Positions 36,141 through 50,170 of a stretch of DNA of 64,000 bases are shown here, in pieces. A program made the position numbers and the translations under genes. This DNA is from Octopus sinensis (lineage: Eukaryota), in NCBI RefSeq assembly GCF_006345805.1, contig NC_042999.1, forward strand, positions 115,010,001-115,074,000, written 5' to 3'. The first letter of the stretch is position 1, and the number at the start of each line of letters is the position of its first letter. Below the pieces are notes generated by a model. The model searched no databases. It worked only from the letters and a program-made list of their open reading frames with translations, and was not told the origin of the DNA.

Positions 36141-36340
36141 TTCTTGTTCATAGTGGTAAGACGAAAGCCATAGCGCTCGCTGTGGTCTCGTAGCCGTGGA
36201 CAGTGAGCCCAATGGCGCCCAGAGCGAGCTCAACACACTCCTTATACCCTAAGTAAGGCATGTGTAAAATTTGAATGAAATCGGTTGTGTAGTTCTCAAG
36301 TTTTAGGGAAACACACATTCTCACGGCACGAAAAAAGCAC

Positions 36341-36508
36341 CCACTACACTCACAGAGTGGTTGGCGTTAGGAAGGTCATCCACCTGTATAAACACTGCCA
36401 GATCAGACTGGAGCTTGGTGCAGTCTCCTGGCTTCCCAGACCCCGGTCACACTGTCGAACCCGTGCTAGCACGGAAAACGGACGTTAAACGATGATGCTA
36501 ATGATGAT
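36341..36508 (+). mobile_element. RTE-type 3' tail
   Basis: gagtggttggcgttaggaagg..gcacggaaaacggacgttaaacgatgatg ending in a (GAT)n tail. Confidence 0.7.
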
Positions 36509-37814
36509 TCTCCGTATTTGTTTCTCTCTCCTTTCTCTCTCACTTTCCCACTCTCTTACTTTTCTTTTCTCTCGGACTCTCCCTCGCTTTCTCTTACTCT
36601 CTATCTTTATCTATCTCTCTCCCATTTATAAACAACAGAAGATCTGGCGTAAAATTTTCAACTTGATGTAAAAGAAAATTCGTAAACACTAAGTTTTGAA
36701 GTGATTCTTTCTCACGACAGTAGACTCACCATGGCAAGCATTCAAAAGTTCTTTATCATGGACGGCAACACATTGACAATTAAAAGGCTGGCGCAAATTT
36801 TTTAGCTTGATGTAACAGAGAATTCCTAAACACCCGCTCCTTGAAATTTTAATCCCCTTCCAGCCCCATTTAGACGCCTTTTCACATTTTGGTTAATATA
36901 ACCCGATTTCATTCGGGTCTACTGGGGCTACATTTTATAAGATGAGGAATTTTAGTCCTAGAGGTGACGCCTTTCATTTGAGGGAAAAATAGTTGTCATG
37001 CAAACTTGCCAGCACTTTTAACATAGGTGTGCATATTTTCAGCTGAATCGACCGACTACGTAATGCACACATTATATATATATATATATATTATATAATA
37101 TATATATATATATTATATATATATATATATATTAATATATATATCTGTGTGTGTGTGTGTGCACGCATTATATATACAAATGAGATATATATCTGTATAA
37201 ATTAAATCAGAGATAAAACCACTAATAGGCAAATCAAACAGTGAAAAACCAAAACAACAAAACATTAAAAAAAATATAATATAGAAAATATAGAAAACAT
37301 AAAATTGAAAATTTTAATTATTTAAATTGAAAATAAAATTATTAAATTATATTTATAATTTGTTTAAAAAATATATATAACCATGAAAAAGTATGAAAAA
37401 TTTAATATACATAAATACAGATATATACACTTTGTATATATACATTATATATACATATTTATATATAGAACACACACACATACATTATATATACATATTT
37501 ATATATAGAACACACACACACACATACATTATATATACATATTTATATATAGAACACACACACACACATATAAATGAACGCAAGAATATCTGATTCATAA
37601 TATTTGTTCTCATGCTCGTGTGTTGTTTGTTGGTGACAGACAGATACTTAAAAGAACGCCGCCGAAGTGATGGGAAGCTAGGAAACAGAGTCAGTGAAAA
37701 AGAGAGGAAATAGCGAGAGTGACAGATACTTTAAATAATGGTAGTGGAACTCTCAAAGTTATAAATGAAGGGGAGTAAGAGAGGGAAAGGAGGAAATAGC
37801 GTGAGTGAGGAAGA

Positions 37815-37978
37815 TGGCCCCTAGCAACCACACCTTTTAAGATAGGGATTTCTAAGGTAACCCACGAGCATCGTCACCTCATTCTACATGTCCCTGTAAA
37901 TTTTGAGCGAATCGGACGGGACGTAGTGGCATTGAAAGCGATCCAAGCGGTAAAGCATTTCAGTTTTATATATAGAAT
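37815..37978 (-). mobile_element. Helitron-like 5' fragment, same family as 50835-51245
   Basis: Shares aaa.ctgaaatgc, attcgctc.aaaatttacagggacatgta and ttagaaa.c.tatct.aaaag.tgtggtt.ctagg. Confidence 0.7.
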
Positions 37979-37994
37979 AGAAGAAGAAGATAGA

Positions 37995-38048
<54 letters not shown>

Positions 38049-38060
38049 TATATATATATA

Positions 38061-38183
38061 TTATAATTTCAACAATTGAGGGTAAAATTAATTAATTATT
38101 AATCAATTTCACCAAGTATTCAGTATGTAAAGGGACCATTATAGGCGAATTCAAAATTTTACCCTCAATTGTTGAAATTATAA
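38061..38183. repeat. Perfect 29-bp inverted repeat with 65-bp spacer
   Basis: ttataatttcaacaattgagggtaaaatt / aattttaccctcaattgttgaaattataa. Confidence 0.95.
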
Positions 38184-38619
38184 TTCATCTCTCTCTGCTA
38201 ATTCTGCGTTAATACATGGTGTTTGTCAATTTTAACCCACGCTGGTGGAAAGGGGAGAGCAGAAATTCTTCGCTTGCATATTCGAATTTGATAGCACTTT
38301 TAGTTCGAGCAGAATTCTAGAGGTGATTAGAAGCCGAAAGGGTATGCTCCCGACTTTCAGTGTTCCCAAATCCGATTCAAGAATTCTGAGCTGAAGAAAG
38401 AAATGTCGAATTGACTAATCTAGAAACGTACGTTCTCGAATAACCTTGCACTTGATTTTTTAATGTTTTTTCCCCATACTTTTGTGAGTTAGTTTAGGCA
38501 AACAATATCTGAGAGAGATCTTCTTTAAGTATTAGAAATAGCTGAAGAAATTTCTTTAGCTGCTATTTCTAATGAGTTCAGTATGTGGCAAAGTAATTTA
38601 TTTTACTAAGCCCTTATAT

Positions 38620-38690
<71 letters not shown>

Positions 38691-39049
38691 GTGAAGTTGT
38701 CTGGATATATGTAGGTATGTGTGTGTGTGTGATACGATGTATGTGTAGGACTTCTTTTGGCCCCACCTGAGTTTTGAAACTGAAGGGGTAAATTTCCCCC
38801 TAAACTATAGAGCCTTATTGTTCTGTTGAGGAACAATGTTGTTTTATTCAACCGATGGCTTGCCAACATTTGATTGATGTATTTTCCTCTTGACCCATAC
38901 CCTTCTAGGTTGTAAAGGGTTTAAATAGATAATATAAGGGATCTTTCCCTTTGAACAGCAGATCGAGAAATAAATTTTTTGTAACTAAACACTTTAACCT
39001 TCGGACACTAACCCTAACCCTAACCCTAATGTGTCATATAAAACATATT

Positions 39050-39398
39050 TTACTTTTAATGTTACTCTTGACCGCGGCCATGCTGGAGCATCGCCTTTAA
39101 TCGAGCAACTAGACCCCGGGACTTATTCTTTTTGTAAGCCCAGTACTTATTCTATCGGTCCTTTTGCCGAACCGCTAAGTAACGGGGACATAAATACACC
39201 AGTATCGGTTGTCAAGCAATGCTAGGGGGACAAACACAGACACACAAACACACACACATACATTATATATATATATATATATGACGGGCTTCTTTCAGTT
39301 TCCGTCTACCAAATCCACTCACAAGGCTTTGGTTGGCCCGAGGTTATAGTAGAAGACACTTGCCCAAGGTGCCAGACAGTGGGACTGAACCCGGAATC
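39050..39398 (-). mobile_element. SINE family A, near full length
   Basis: Colinear with the other family A copies. Confidence 0.93.
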
Positions 39399-39877
39399 AG
39401 CCACTCCAATATTTTTTTAACATCTGGCCTGTAAAAACCTAATAAACCTCTAAATATTTTATAAGTCATCATACTATTTTTATCTTTAAAAAACAATGAC
39501 CGAAGGAGTGAGAAGATTAGATTATTCATGAAGCGTCTTCATAAAAACGAAAACACAGAACTCCTTTGGCATCTTAAATAAATACGATATTAATTCCAAT
39601 AAAAGTAAAAAGACCCGTTTTCCTTGACCAACTTTACTGACGTCAGCATTTGAATGGATAGGTATAGGGGTGTTTACAACTCTGTTTCATTGCGATTAAC
39701 TCATTCTATTGGGCCCTGAAAGATAAGACAAAAACCAGCCGAGTAGGATTTGAAATGATTATTGTAAAATAATGCAAATGTCGGCTTACCTATACATGTG
39801 TGCCCCTACCCAACCGACTTTGTTGCCTCACAACTTCCAGAAAAATGTAAATTTTTTAATGAAATTTTCAAAAAATA

Positions 39878-40384
39878 CCGTTAATCCTCGAGTATAGTCT
39901 GCCCTGAGTATAATACGCAGGGGATTTTTAGGGGGCTGTACCTCTGGAAAACCTAAACCTTGTGTATATACGCACCCCTTCTCTAACTTCAGTCAAGGAG
40001 GTCTGTATAACGTCCTTGGTTTCTAAAAATGTATACAGTAACGTCCTTATTATTATTGTATAATAACATAATGCAAACGTGTAGCTTTTTTGTGCATTTT
40101 GTTTGCAGAAAATAAAGAAATAACAGTAATAACGTTTAATAAATGTTGCTTATTGCAAGTTATGGATGATTCTTTTATGACTTCATTGCTTTCAGGCTTA
40201 GCTTAAGGTATTTTCGAGCCCGACATCACAAAATATCTCTGAATAAACATTGCCTGACAGCAAATAGAGACTTGGACATTGCTTAGAAAATAATTTCCAT
40301 TTTTAACCGCATATATAGTACGCACTAGGGATTTGACCTTTAAATTTTGGGAAAATAATGCGGATTATACTTGAGGATTTACGG
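39878..40384. mobile_element. Tc1/mariner (pogo/Tigger-like) MITE, TA-flanked
   Basis: TA|CCGTTAATCCTCGAGTATAGTCTGC ... GCGGATTATACTTGAGGATTTACGG|TA; second copy at 62930. Confidence 0.9.
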
Positions 40385-40849
40385 TATGTTTTAGATGGTG
40401 TATATTCCGTTATGTAGGAATTTAATTTTAAAAAATTCTGTGGTTAGGAAGAGAGGTTTCGGGAAATTCACATGAGTTGACTTTGTTTCCTCATAACTTG
40501 GGTATTTTTTAATGAAATTTGCTACAAATACTTTTCAGAATGTATACATTCAGATTATATTGGAATTCGATGTGAAAAGGAAAATAGTGGCACACATCAC
40601 AATTTCTTTCGAAATCTCAAGTTTCATTTTGTACATATATATGATATCCATTAGTACATATGTGCATAAAAACCCACCATTTTTGTATTTTCTTTGGTCA
40701 TATAAAACCCCAGCATTTTCGATAGCCGCCTCATGAAAAAGTGAAAGTCTTTCTTCGGCAATTTCTTGATTTCAGCAACTATTTTCGGAAAAAAAAAATT
40801 TGCCCCCTACCCCTCCACCTCCAGTTTCTTCATCTCGCTTGTTTCCGTA

Positions 40850-40968
40850 ACTCTAATCCTAAATCCCAAACCTAACCCTAAAACCCAAAACCAAACCCTA
40901 ACTCTAAAACCCTAACCATAAAACCTAGCTCTAAAACCCTAACCCTAAGACCCTAACCTTAAAACCAA
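40850..40968. repeat. Degenerate interstitial (CCCTAA)-like tract
   Basis: accctaa/aaaccctaac variants; also (CCCTAA)3 at 39008-39028. Confidence 0.75.
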
Positions 40969-40969
40969 A

Positions 40970-41606
40970 CCCGGATTTTCTTTTGAAAGCCAGATTTTTC
41001 AGATTTTCTAGTTAACTAAATAATTTGAAACTTCGTATACTGGTAGAATGTGTGTGAAAAGAAAAACAATAATTTCAACTAGTTTTTTGACAAAAATATA
41101 TTTTATAAGTTTAAACGTAGTTTAAATCTGCGAATTTTAACCAATCATATTGTCTGTTTTCATTTGAAATTATTAGCTGCATAGTGTTAATGTGACGTAG
41201 ATAGCTATTTTGTGAGTGGGTAAGCAGTAAGCAAACAGCTGTGGTAGATGTGGTTATCATGGCAGTGGTGGTAGTGGTGACAGGTGTTTTTGTAGAGGTG
41301 GTGGTGGTGGCGGCAGTGGATGATGATGATAATGATGATGATAGTAGTAGTAGCATTGATAATGTTAGGATGTCTCATGGATGGTAGTGTTGGTGTGTGT
41401 GTGTGTATGTATGGATCAAAACAGTCTGATTCAAATTCTGTGGTACATATATATTCATACATACATATACATGTAGATGTATATAACATATATATATTGT
41501 ATGTAAACATCGTTTATATATATATATATAATGTATGCATCTATAATACACACACATTATAAATATATACACATATATGCATATGCATTAGAATATGTGT
41601 GTATAG

Positions 41607-41677
<71 letters not shown>

Positions 41678-42041
41678 TATGTTTGTATACATGTGTGTGT
41701 AGCTATTTAGGATTACCACAAATTTTATATATACTCCACGAAGTTTATGATAAGCGGAGATGTTTACATTTTAGTTAGCTGTTTACGTTAACTACGTCAC
41801 AAAATAGCTGTTTACGTCACAGTAACAATATTTTGAGAAGCAGTAAATAATATGAGGCCGAAAGAAAGAATATCATTGGTTAAAATTCGAATTTTTAAAC
41901 AACGTCAAACTTAGAAATTACAATTCCGTTTTCATTTTGGTTAACAATTATGTTTTCTTTTGACACATTCTACCAGTATACGAAGTTTCAAATTGTTTAG
42001 TTGACTAGGAAAATTTGGCTTTCAAAAAGAAAAGATCCGAG
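40970..42041. mobile_element. Foldback/long-TIR non-autonomous DNA element (~235-bp arms around microsatellites)
   Basis: Left cccggattttcttttgaaagcc..ctagttaactaaataatttgaaacttcgtatactggtagaatgtgt; right arm is its diverged reverse complement ending ggctttcaaaaagaaaagatccg. Confidence 0.8.
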
Positions 42042-42086
42042 AGGGGGAGAGAGTGAAGCGTAGATGATTCTAAGAAGTGAGAGGCT

Positions 42087-42735
42087 GAATAAAGAGGGAG
42101 TTGACGTAAACTCACAAGAGAAAGAGCGTGAAATTGATAGTGACATTTATATAAGAGTGAGGTAGAGGAGAAATAATTACCATGAACAGTTTTCATGTCC
42201 TATTAATGTTTTATAATAAAATATAATAGATATCATATTCGTAGCATTTGATTTTTCAGGAAAAAAATTTCATTAACTCCGTTTAAATACTTTGAGATCT
42301 TGAATAAAGCGGGAGTTGACGTAAACTCACAAGAGAAAGAGCGTGAAATTGATAGTGACATTTATATAAGAGTGAGGTAGAGGAGAAATAATTACCATGA
42401 ACAGTTTTCATGTCCTATTAATGTTTTATAATAAAATATAATAGATATCATATTCGTAGCATTTGATTTTTCAGGAAAAAAATTTCATTAACTCCGTTTA
42501 AATACTTTGAGATCTTGAATAAAGCGGGAGTTGACGTAAACTCACAAGAGAAAGAGCGTGAAATTGATAGTGACATTTATATAAGAGTGAGGTAGAGGAG
42601 AAATAATTACCATGAACAGTTTTCATGTCCTATTAATGTTTTATAATAAAATATAATAGATATCATATTCGTAGCATTTGATTTTTCAGGAAAAAAATTT
42701 CATTAACTCCGTTTAAATACTTTGAGATCTTGAAT
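42087..42735. repeat. 215-bp tandem repeat, 3 near-identical units
   Basis: gaat unit boundaries at 42087, 42302, 42517 and 42732. Confidence 0.97.
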
Positions 42736-43326
42736 ATAGCTTGAAGTCTTACTTGTTCTAAAAAATGCATAATTATAATAATTTATTTATTTATATCATC
42801 ATAATTGCAAAAATTACCTCATGATGTTTACAGATATGCATGACACAACTGCGTCTTTAGTCACATCCTGACTCCCGCTTAACCTTTATATATGTATCTA
42901 AATTTACACACGTTTACGAGCGCATGCATTGAAACATTCACACATATATAAATACACATATACAGGAAACCTTAGAATTTTTCTATTCTTGAAGCGAAAG
43001 AATACACTCAACTAAAGACATTGATTTATATACCAATATTTCAAACAAGAACAGTTCAAGCAAATGCAAATAGAGGGAAATGTGATAAATAAATATGCAG
43101 TGACGTCACAAGTTTTGCTACGTCTTGATATTATTCCCCCTCCAACCCCCCCCTCTTCCTACATAAGTTTCCATGTCTGTTTCACCCACTTTCTCTTATA
43201 TGTTTAATTCATCTCCTGCTTTATTCAGCCTTTCATTTCTTAGAATCCTCTGTTTCTCTCTCTCTTTCTCTTTCTCTTTCTCTCTCTCTCTCTTTCTCTC
43301 TCTGCCCTCTCTCTCTCTCTCCCTCC

Positions 43327-43367
<41 letters not shown>

Positions 43368-43373
<6 letters not shown>

Positions 43374-43944
43374 CACAATTTAGGTTAGTTGAAATATGTT
43401 TGTCACATATTTCAACTGCTAAAGGATAATACACTGCAGTTACCATGGAGAAAAGATCGCTCTTATGGTAAAAAGGTGTGAAAATTCCCAGTTCGTTCAG
43501 TGTCGCCATCTCTGGGGAATCTCAGACATCGATGTTTCGAGTTTATTGACTCTTGCCGATGAGAGGCAACCATGAACGAACTAAATAAAATTTGTAGCGT
43601 TATAAATTCAGTCAATACATTGATTGATTTGCGATGGTACATCGCCCGATCGTGATAAATAGCGAAATCATAGCGCAAAGCAGTGTTTATGTATAATCAC
43701 AATTTAAGCTAGTTGAAATATATTTGTCACATATTTTAACTGCTAAAGCCAAATACATTGCAGTTACCGTGGAGAAAATGTCTTTCTGATCGACAAGAGG
43801 CAATAAACTCGAAACATCGATGTCTGAGATTCCTGAGACATGGCGACACTGAACGAACCATAACTACAGTAACTGCCGTGTATTTGCCTTTAGCAGTTGA
43901 AATATGCGATAAACATATTTCAACTAACCTAAATTGTGATTATA
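43368..43944. repeat. Nested direct/inverted repeat A-B'-C-A-B-A'
   Basis: A = tataatcacaattt..gcagttacc at 43368 and ~43692, inverted at ~43865-43944; B = ctcgaaacatcgatgtctgagattcc.. in opposite orientations at ~43490 and ~43790. Confidence 0.9.
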
Positions 43945-43982
43945 CGTAAAAATTGCTTTGCGCCATTACTTTGTTATATGTA

Positions 43983-44041
<59 letters not shown>

Positions 44042-44083
44042 GTGCGTGTGTATATACATATATATACGCACACATAGATAAAC

Positions 44084-44175
<92 letters not shown>

Positions 44176-44288
44176 CTGCCGCTATTTCTCTCACTTTGCA
44201 GAGTTACTCAAAAGTTGGGCAGGAATATACATATGTATGTATGTGAGTATACATATGTGTGTATACATATATGTATACATATGTGTGT

Positions 44289-44325
<37 letters not shown>

Positions 44326-44621
44326 CATACATACACACATATATGTACGCATACACAAACACAAACATACGCACACGCGCGCGCTCACACACATGTATAC
44401 GTACATGAGTGTGTATGTTGTATGTATGTATGTATGTATGTATGTATGTATGTATGTATGTATTATATTGATATCTGGAAACTAGCACACATAATGTAGC
44501 GAACAAAAAATAGCGTTTAATCATTTCGATTTCTACTCGTAATGAAAAGAAAAATCATTAGCCTTCCTGGCAACTTGGAATGGAAGGCAATGTGGATATA
44601 CAGACACACGCACATATATCC

Positions 44622-44669
<48 letters not shown>

Positions 44670-44782
44670 GCGTGTGTGTGTAATGTGCATGTATATGGTG
44701 CGGGCGTGTATATTTATATATAGGTGTGTATTTGTGTATGTATGTATATATGTATGTGTATGTGTATGTGTACATACATACA

Positions 44783-44821
<39 letters not shown>

Positions 44822-45138
44822 TACATACATACATATATATATTATATATATATATATATATAATATATTATAATATATATATAATATATATAATATATAT
44901 ATATATATTATATATTATATATATATTTATATATATTTATACGTGCGTGTATGTGTAAGCATGTATGTATAGTATATATATATATATACACAGATACAAA
45001 CACACGCACATGTGTATTTGTGTAAAAAGATATACATGTGTGTGTGTGTATATATATGTTATGTATGTATGTATGTATGTATGTATGTATGTATGTATGT
45101 TGTATGTATATGTGTGTGTCAATATATATATTATATAT

Positions 45139-45182
<44 letters not shown>

Positions 45183-45585
45183 GATTGATATAGATACAAA
45201 CGTATATACTTCAGACATACACTACACGCGCGCGCGCTCACCAATTCATCTTGAATTGCGTTATATATTACCTTTCTTCGCTGTTAATTTCTAAATCCAA
45301 GATTACCGGGTGCTTCGATGAGTACCCAGGTGTGTAACCTACAATACGAGAAGAGTGAGGTTTAAAGTGGGTTTATATTAGCAAATAGTGAAACGGCAAC
45401 ATGTAAAGGACCACGTTTGTACAGGGCTCTTTAGAGAAACAAAAATGAGGAAATGTAGCATATCAAATGAAATGAAATAGTAAATCAGGCTATGTTTATA
45501 TTATATTATTTTGTGTTATTTTACAGCATTTTTTGTTTTTATTTTTATATCATTTTATTTTATTTTATTTGTTTTTTATTCCTTT

Positions 45586-45873
45586 ATTTACTGCTTGTTC
45601 TTGTCATTAGACTGTGGCCATGCTAGGGCACTGCTTTGAAGGGTTAAGTCGAACGAATCGACCCCAGAATTTTTTGGTGGTGGTGGTGGTGGTGGATGGG
45701 GCAGTTAAATCTGGTACTTGTTCTGTTGCTCTCTTTTGCAGAGCCTCTGAGTAACGAGAACGTAAACAAACCGATACCGGCTGTCAAGAAGTGGTTGGAA
45801 GGCAAACATATCACAAACACAAGAGACACACCCATCCACAGACATATACGTATAATACATACACACGCGCGCG

Positions 45874-45915
<42 letters not shown>

Positions 45916-46166
45916 GGTATGTTGATGCAAACAGGAAAAACAGAACTCAAAATATGACTATGTGTATTTTTATTAATATTTAACAGATGCAACAGAGTGA
46001 CTCAAGGTCTGAGAGTTTCGTGCGTTGGTACTCTATTATTCCAGCTAAATATGTATGTGTGTGTGTGTGTACCTTTTTCTCTTTTTACTTCTTTCAGTCA
46101 TTAGACTGCAGCCATACTGGAGTATTGCATTGAAGAATTTTTAGTCGAATAAGTCGACCCCAGTAC

Positions 46167-46197
<31 letters not shown>

Positions 46198-46479
46198 ACT
46201 GAACTGCTCAGTTATCGGGGCCGTAAACACTTCACCACCGGTTGTGAAACGGTGGTGCAAGAACAGACACGAAGACACACGCACACACACACAATTTTCG
46301 TAGCTTAGTTTTTCCTTGGGGCTGGCCAGATCGGAGCGATCTCAAGATTAATCAGCCGAAATTGCGAGGATGATCCGGTTCTTGACTGAAGATTGAGGGC
46401 TTCGAATGTCCCGTCCGTGTTTTTTGTATCGTCTTCTAAATGTTTTGCGTTCTTGTCCCAGTTTGTTTGTTTTTTATAT

Positions 46480-46512
<33 letters not shown>

Positions 46513-46683
46513 ATATATATACTATATATATATATATATATATACGACAGGCTTCATTCAGTTCCCGTCTGCCCAGTCTGCTTACTAGGCTACAGTAGAA
46601 GACACTTCTTCAAGGTGTCACACATTGGGACTTAACTCTGAGCTATATGATTGGGAAGCAAGCTTCTCGCCACACAGCCACGC

Positions 46684-46745
<62 letters not shown>

Positions 46746-46885
46746 ATATCGACTGTATACTTTCAGTTTCCATCTACCAACTCCACTCAAAAGCCTTTGG
46801 CCAGCCCAAGGCTAAATAAAAGACACTTGCCTATGGTGCCACGCAGTAGGACTGAATCCAAGATGACATGATTGGGAAGCAAACC
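45586..46885 (-). mobile_element. Cluster of SINE family A fragments (45586-45835, 46075-46265, 46545-46685, 46750-46885)
   Basis: gtcattagactg.ggccatgct.g and gtagaagacactt..caaggtg motifs. Confidence 0.8.
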
Positions 46886-47097
46886 TGTGCCTACGTTCAT
46901 TTTCATTTATATTATTCTTTTATTTTTGTCAGGAAACTATGACATGAAAATAAAACATATAGATATATTGTCTTAAGATGGTAGTTGTTGTTATTGTTGT
47001 TGATGTGTGGGTGGTAGTTGTGGTAGCTTTTGTGGCGGTGGTAGTGAATATTGTTGATGTGGTGACGGTGACGAGAGGGAGCAAATAAAGAAATAAA

Positions 47098-47099
<2 letters not shown>

Positions 47100-47132
<33 letters not shown>

Positions 47133-47255
47133 AGAAGAAGAAGAAGAAGAAGAAGAAGAAGAAGAAGAAGAAGAAGAAGAAGAGAAGAAGAAGAAGAAGA
47201 AGAAGAAGAAGAAGAAGAAGAAGAAGAAGAAGAAGAAGAAGAAGAAGAAGAAGAA
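47100..47255. repeat. (GAA)n, about 50 units
   Basis: Read directly. Confidence 0.97.
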
Positions 47256-48005
47256 ATTAAAAATAACTTATTTACCTAAATTTTAACATCGTCTCCTTCG
47301 AAATAGTCACCTTTCGAGCAATATACAATCCCAGCGTTCCTGCATTTTCATTTTGGAAAGAGATAGAAGTCCGCATGTGCTAAATCTGGCAAATAGGGCG
47401 GGTGCAGAAGCGATACCATGTTGTTCTGGGCGAGAAACTCACGAGTGAAAAATCCAATTCTTCACTCTCCACAGATCAGGTCACTTTCGCCGAATGACCT
47501 CCCTCAAACGCTTCAAAACGTTGCAGTTAAATTCTCGGTTGACGGTCTAACCCGGCCGAGTGAGGGTGGGATTCTAGATGCACATTACTACATTTCCGGG
47601 AGTGACGCTCGTGGCAGATCTTCCGGATCGCTCATAGTCTTCCTGGGATGTTCTTCCACTTTTGAAGCACCCGTGCCACTAGAAACATTGCGTACGATCC
47701 ATTGTCACATCGCCGTAAGCTTGATGAAGCACGTTCAGTGTCTCTCTTGTAGACTTCCCAAGTTTAACACAAAATTTCACGTCGGTTCTTTGTTCCAATT
47801 TCCTGTCCATGGCAAAATCGCAGACTACGACATCCACGTGATCACAAAAACACACATTTCCCAAACTAGCGAAGTAAAGACAGGGATGTTACTTGGCACA
47901 CTGCCTCGTGAAAATCACTGCAAGCTCTCACTGTGCACATAAACGCGTGCTGCCATCTGTTGGTGCACTACATAACTAGTTCAGGAAATTTTTGATACCA
48001 ATTCG
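47255..48005 (-). mobile_element. Internally deleted mariner transposon
   Basis: MDRKLEQRTDVKFCVKLGKSTRETLNVLHQAYGD (N-terminal HTH), HPPYLPDLAHADFYLFPK (YSPDLAP motif), KGDYFEGD end; TIR-like end followed by TA at 48006-48007; the other TIR is missing at the GAA tract. Confidence 0.92.
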
Positions 48006-48189
48006 TATACAGGTGTTTGGTTCAGTCTTTTGTATTTGTGATTTTTTTGCTCTCAGCTTTTCAATCAGTTGCATGGTTTGGGGCCATCTTATATCTATCC
48101 TTGCACATCCTATGTGCAGGAATAAATGCCTGAGACAGAATTCAGCACTTAAAATTTCAGCCGTTAACCATAAAAAATAGCAGAACACG

Positions 48190-48400
48190 TTTAGTGGTTA
48201 GGGTGTTGCACTCACAATCGCAAGATCGTGGTTTCGATTCCTAGACTGGCCGTGAGTTATGTTCATTTCACGTTGCTCCTGTCCACTCGGCTGTAAATGG
48301 GTAACCTTGTGACGGATTGGCGTACAAGGGTGAGATGTTGATTCAGGAAAATCACACGAAAGGAGGTCTCGTGAGCCATATTTTGTATCCAGAAATCGAA
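48190..48400 (+). mobile_element. Third tRNA-derived SINE family
   Basis: A/B boxes tagtggttagg / ggtttcgattcc; central cactcggctgtaaatgggta. Confidence 0.7.
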
Positions 48401-50039
48401 GAGATGAATAGCACAACCGTACTGTGAATCCCTATCGATTAGGATAACACTTTTCAGTGGCTATATTCTTATAAATACAAAATAAAAGTGAAATTTTTCA
48501 ATCATTATCATGTGAAATATAAAAATAATACGCCAAAACTTTTTTATTATAGCATTAATATTTCATTTGTTGTTGTTTTGTGTTTGTTTGTTTTTTTGCT
48601 TGTTTTTTTTTTTGGAGTTTTTGTTTTTGGCATTTTAATACCCAAAATTAACTGTATTACAAAAGACCATCAGAAAACAATGTTTGTAAATGTGAAATAA
48701 TGATATATGATGGAAACAGGCTTCAAATGGAAATACCAATTGATGCTAAAAGCTGCTGAAAGATTACAGTACTGTTAAATTGGGAAATCATATACAATGT
48801 GAATTATTATGATTGAAAAAAGTGATACTAATATTGTTTGTTTGTTTTTTTATTTGCGTAGTTGTCTATAGAAATCAGAGTTAATGATCGGACTGGTCAT
48901 AAAATACAACTATATTGAAAACAACTTTAATTACCTTGTTTGAAAATGTTGCCAGCGACAAATTGAAACAAACAGAACATAAACACTGATATTTTACAAA
49001 CGTTTATTGAATAACACGCAAAAACACCTTCAGTTTATAAGATCATTGACCTCAGACTGAATATTGAGGAAGATTTGTGATTCCTTTTGCACAACAAGAC
49101 AGGTTATCGTTTATGATATTGAAAGATTTTTTCTTCATGTTTTAATCTATAGATGTCTACAGATGTAATTATAGGCCCCGGTCCACAAGACCAAGAAAGG
49201 AGTATAATAATGAGTGTACCATTTTTAAATAAAATTACAAAGATGTTGATACGATTTAGATATTTTCATGATGGAAATGATACAGCAGTTTTTTTTTATT
49301 TGAGTTATGACTATGAGACAAAAACCATTGGTAAAATAGACAGATTTAAGCATTTCAGTAAACCATGTGAATTGCTAAGACTGTTTGTCGTGAGGACTAA
49401 AACTGTCCAAAGTTTCAGAAAAAGGTATTTTGACAAAATAACTCATAGCTCATGACGCCTGTAACTCCAACAATCCCTCGCTCAGCACTCCTACCACCCA
49501 ATTAACACTTCACTCTACAGTTCTCATTCATTGCAAGGATTTCTTCATCTCCATCCTGTCTTCACGTTGTAACATATTCACTTCTGTTTCATTTCCAATA
49601 TCCAATGCATTGTATACTACAGTCAAAGCACCTTTATCCGAATCAAGACTTTTACACTCCTCACAAAAGCCAAACTTACCCCTTACCAAGGTTTACGAAG
49701 ACTTTTTACTTTTTACAAAGCCTATTTATCAAATGTTTCTAATCTTTATTATAAGAGAGGTAAGTCAGTTTGTCATTGAATTTAACGATTAAACCATATC
49801 AGGTATTAATCCAAGTAGAAAGTATTTGTTAGTGTGTCAATGACATCAAATGTAAACTTGCACTCCAATATCAGATTACTTAGTGCGTCATGCACAACTT
49901 TATTTTACGTATGTCTTGCTGGGTGTCAACACTGGTGGTGAATCTCACGATGAGCAAGTGTTTGCAATTGTATATAAGGTTAAAGCGGCCGAGGATTTGA
50001 CGATCATTTGCAGAGATTATTTTTATGGTGACACTACGT

Positions 50040-50170
50040 ATATACGTATGTGTGTGTTTGTGTGTCTGTGTTTGTCCTCCCAGCATCGCTTGACAACCGA
50101 TGCTCGACTAAAAGGCGATGCTCCAGCATGGCTGCAGTCAAATTACTGAAACAAGTAAAAGAGTAAAAGA
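50040..50170 (+). mobile_element. SINE family A 3' fragment with internal deletion
   Basis: cagcatcgcttgacaaccgatgctcgactaaaaggcgatgctccagcatgg. Confidence 0.85.
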
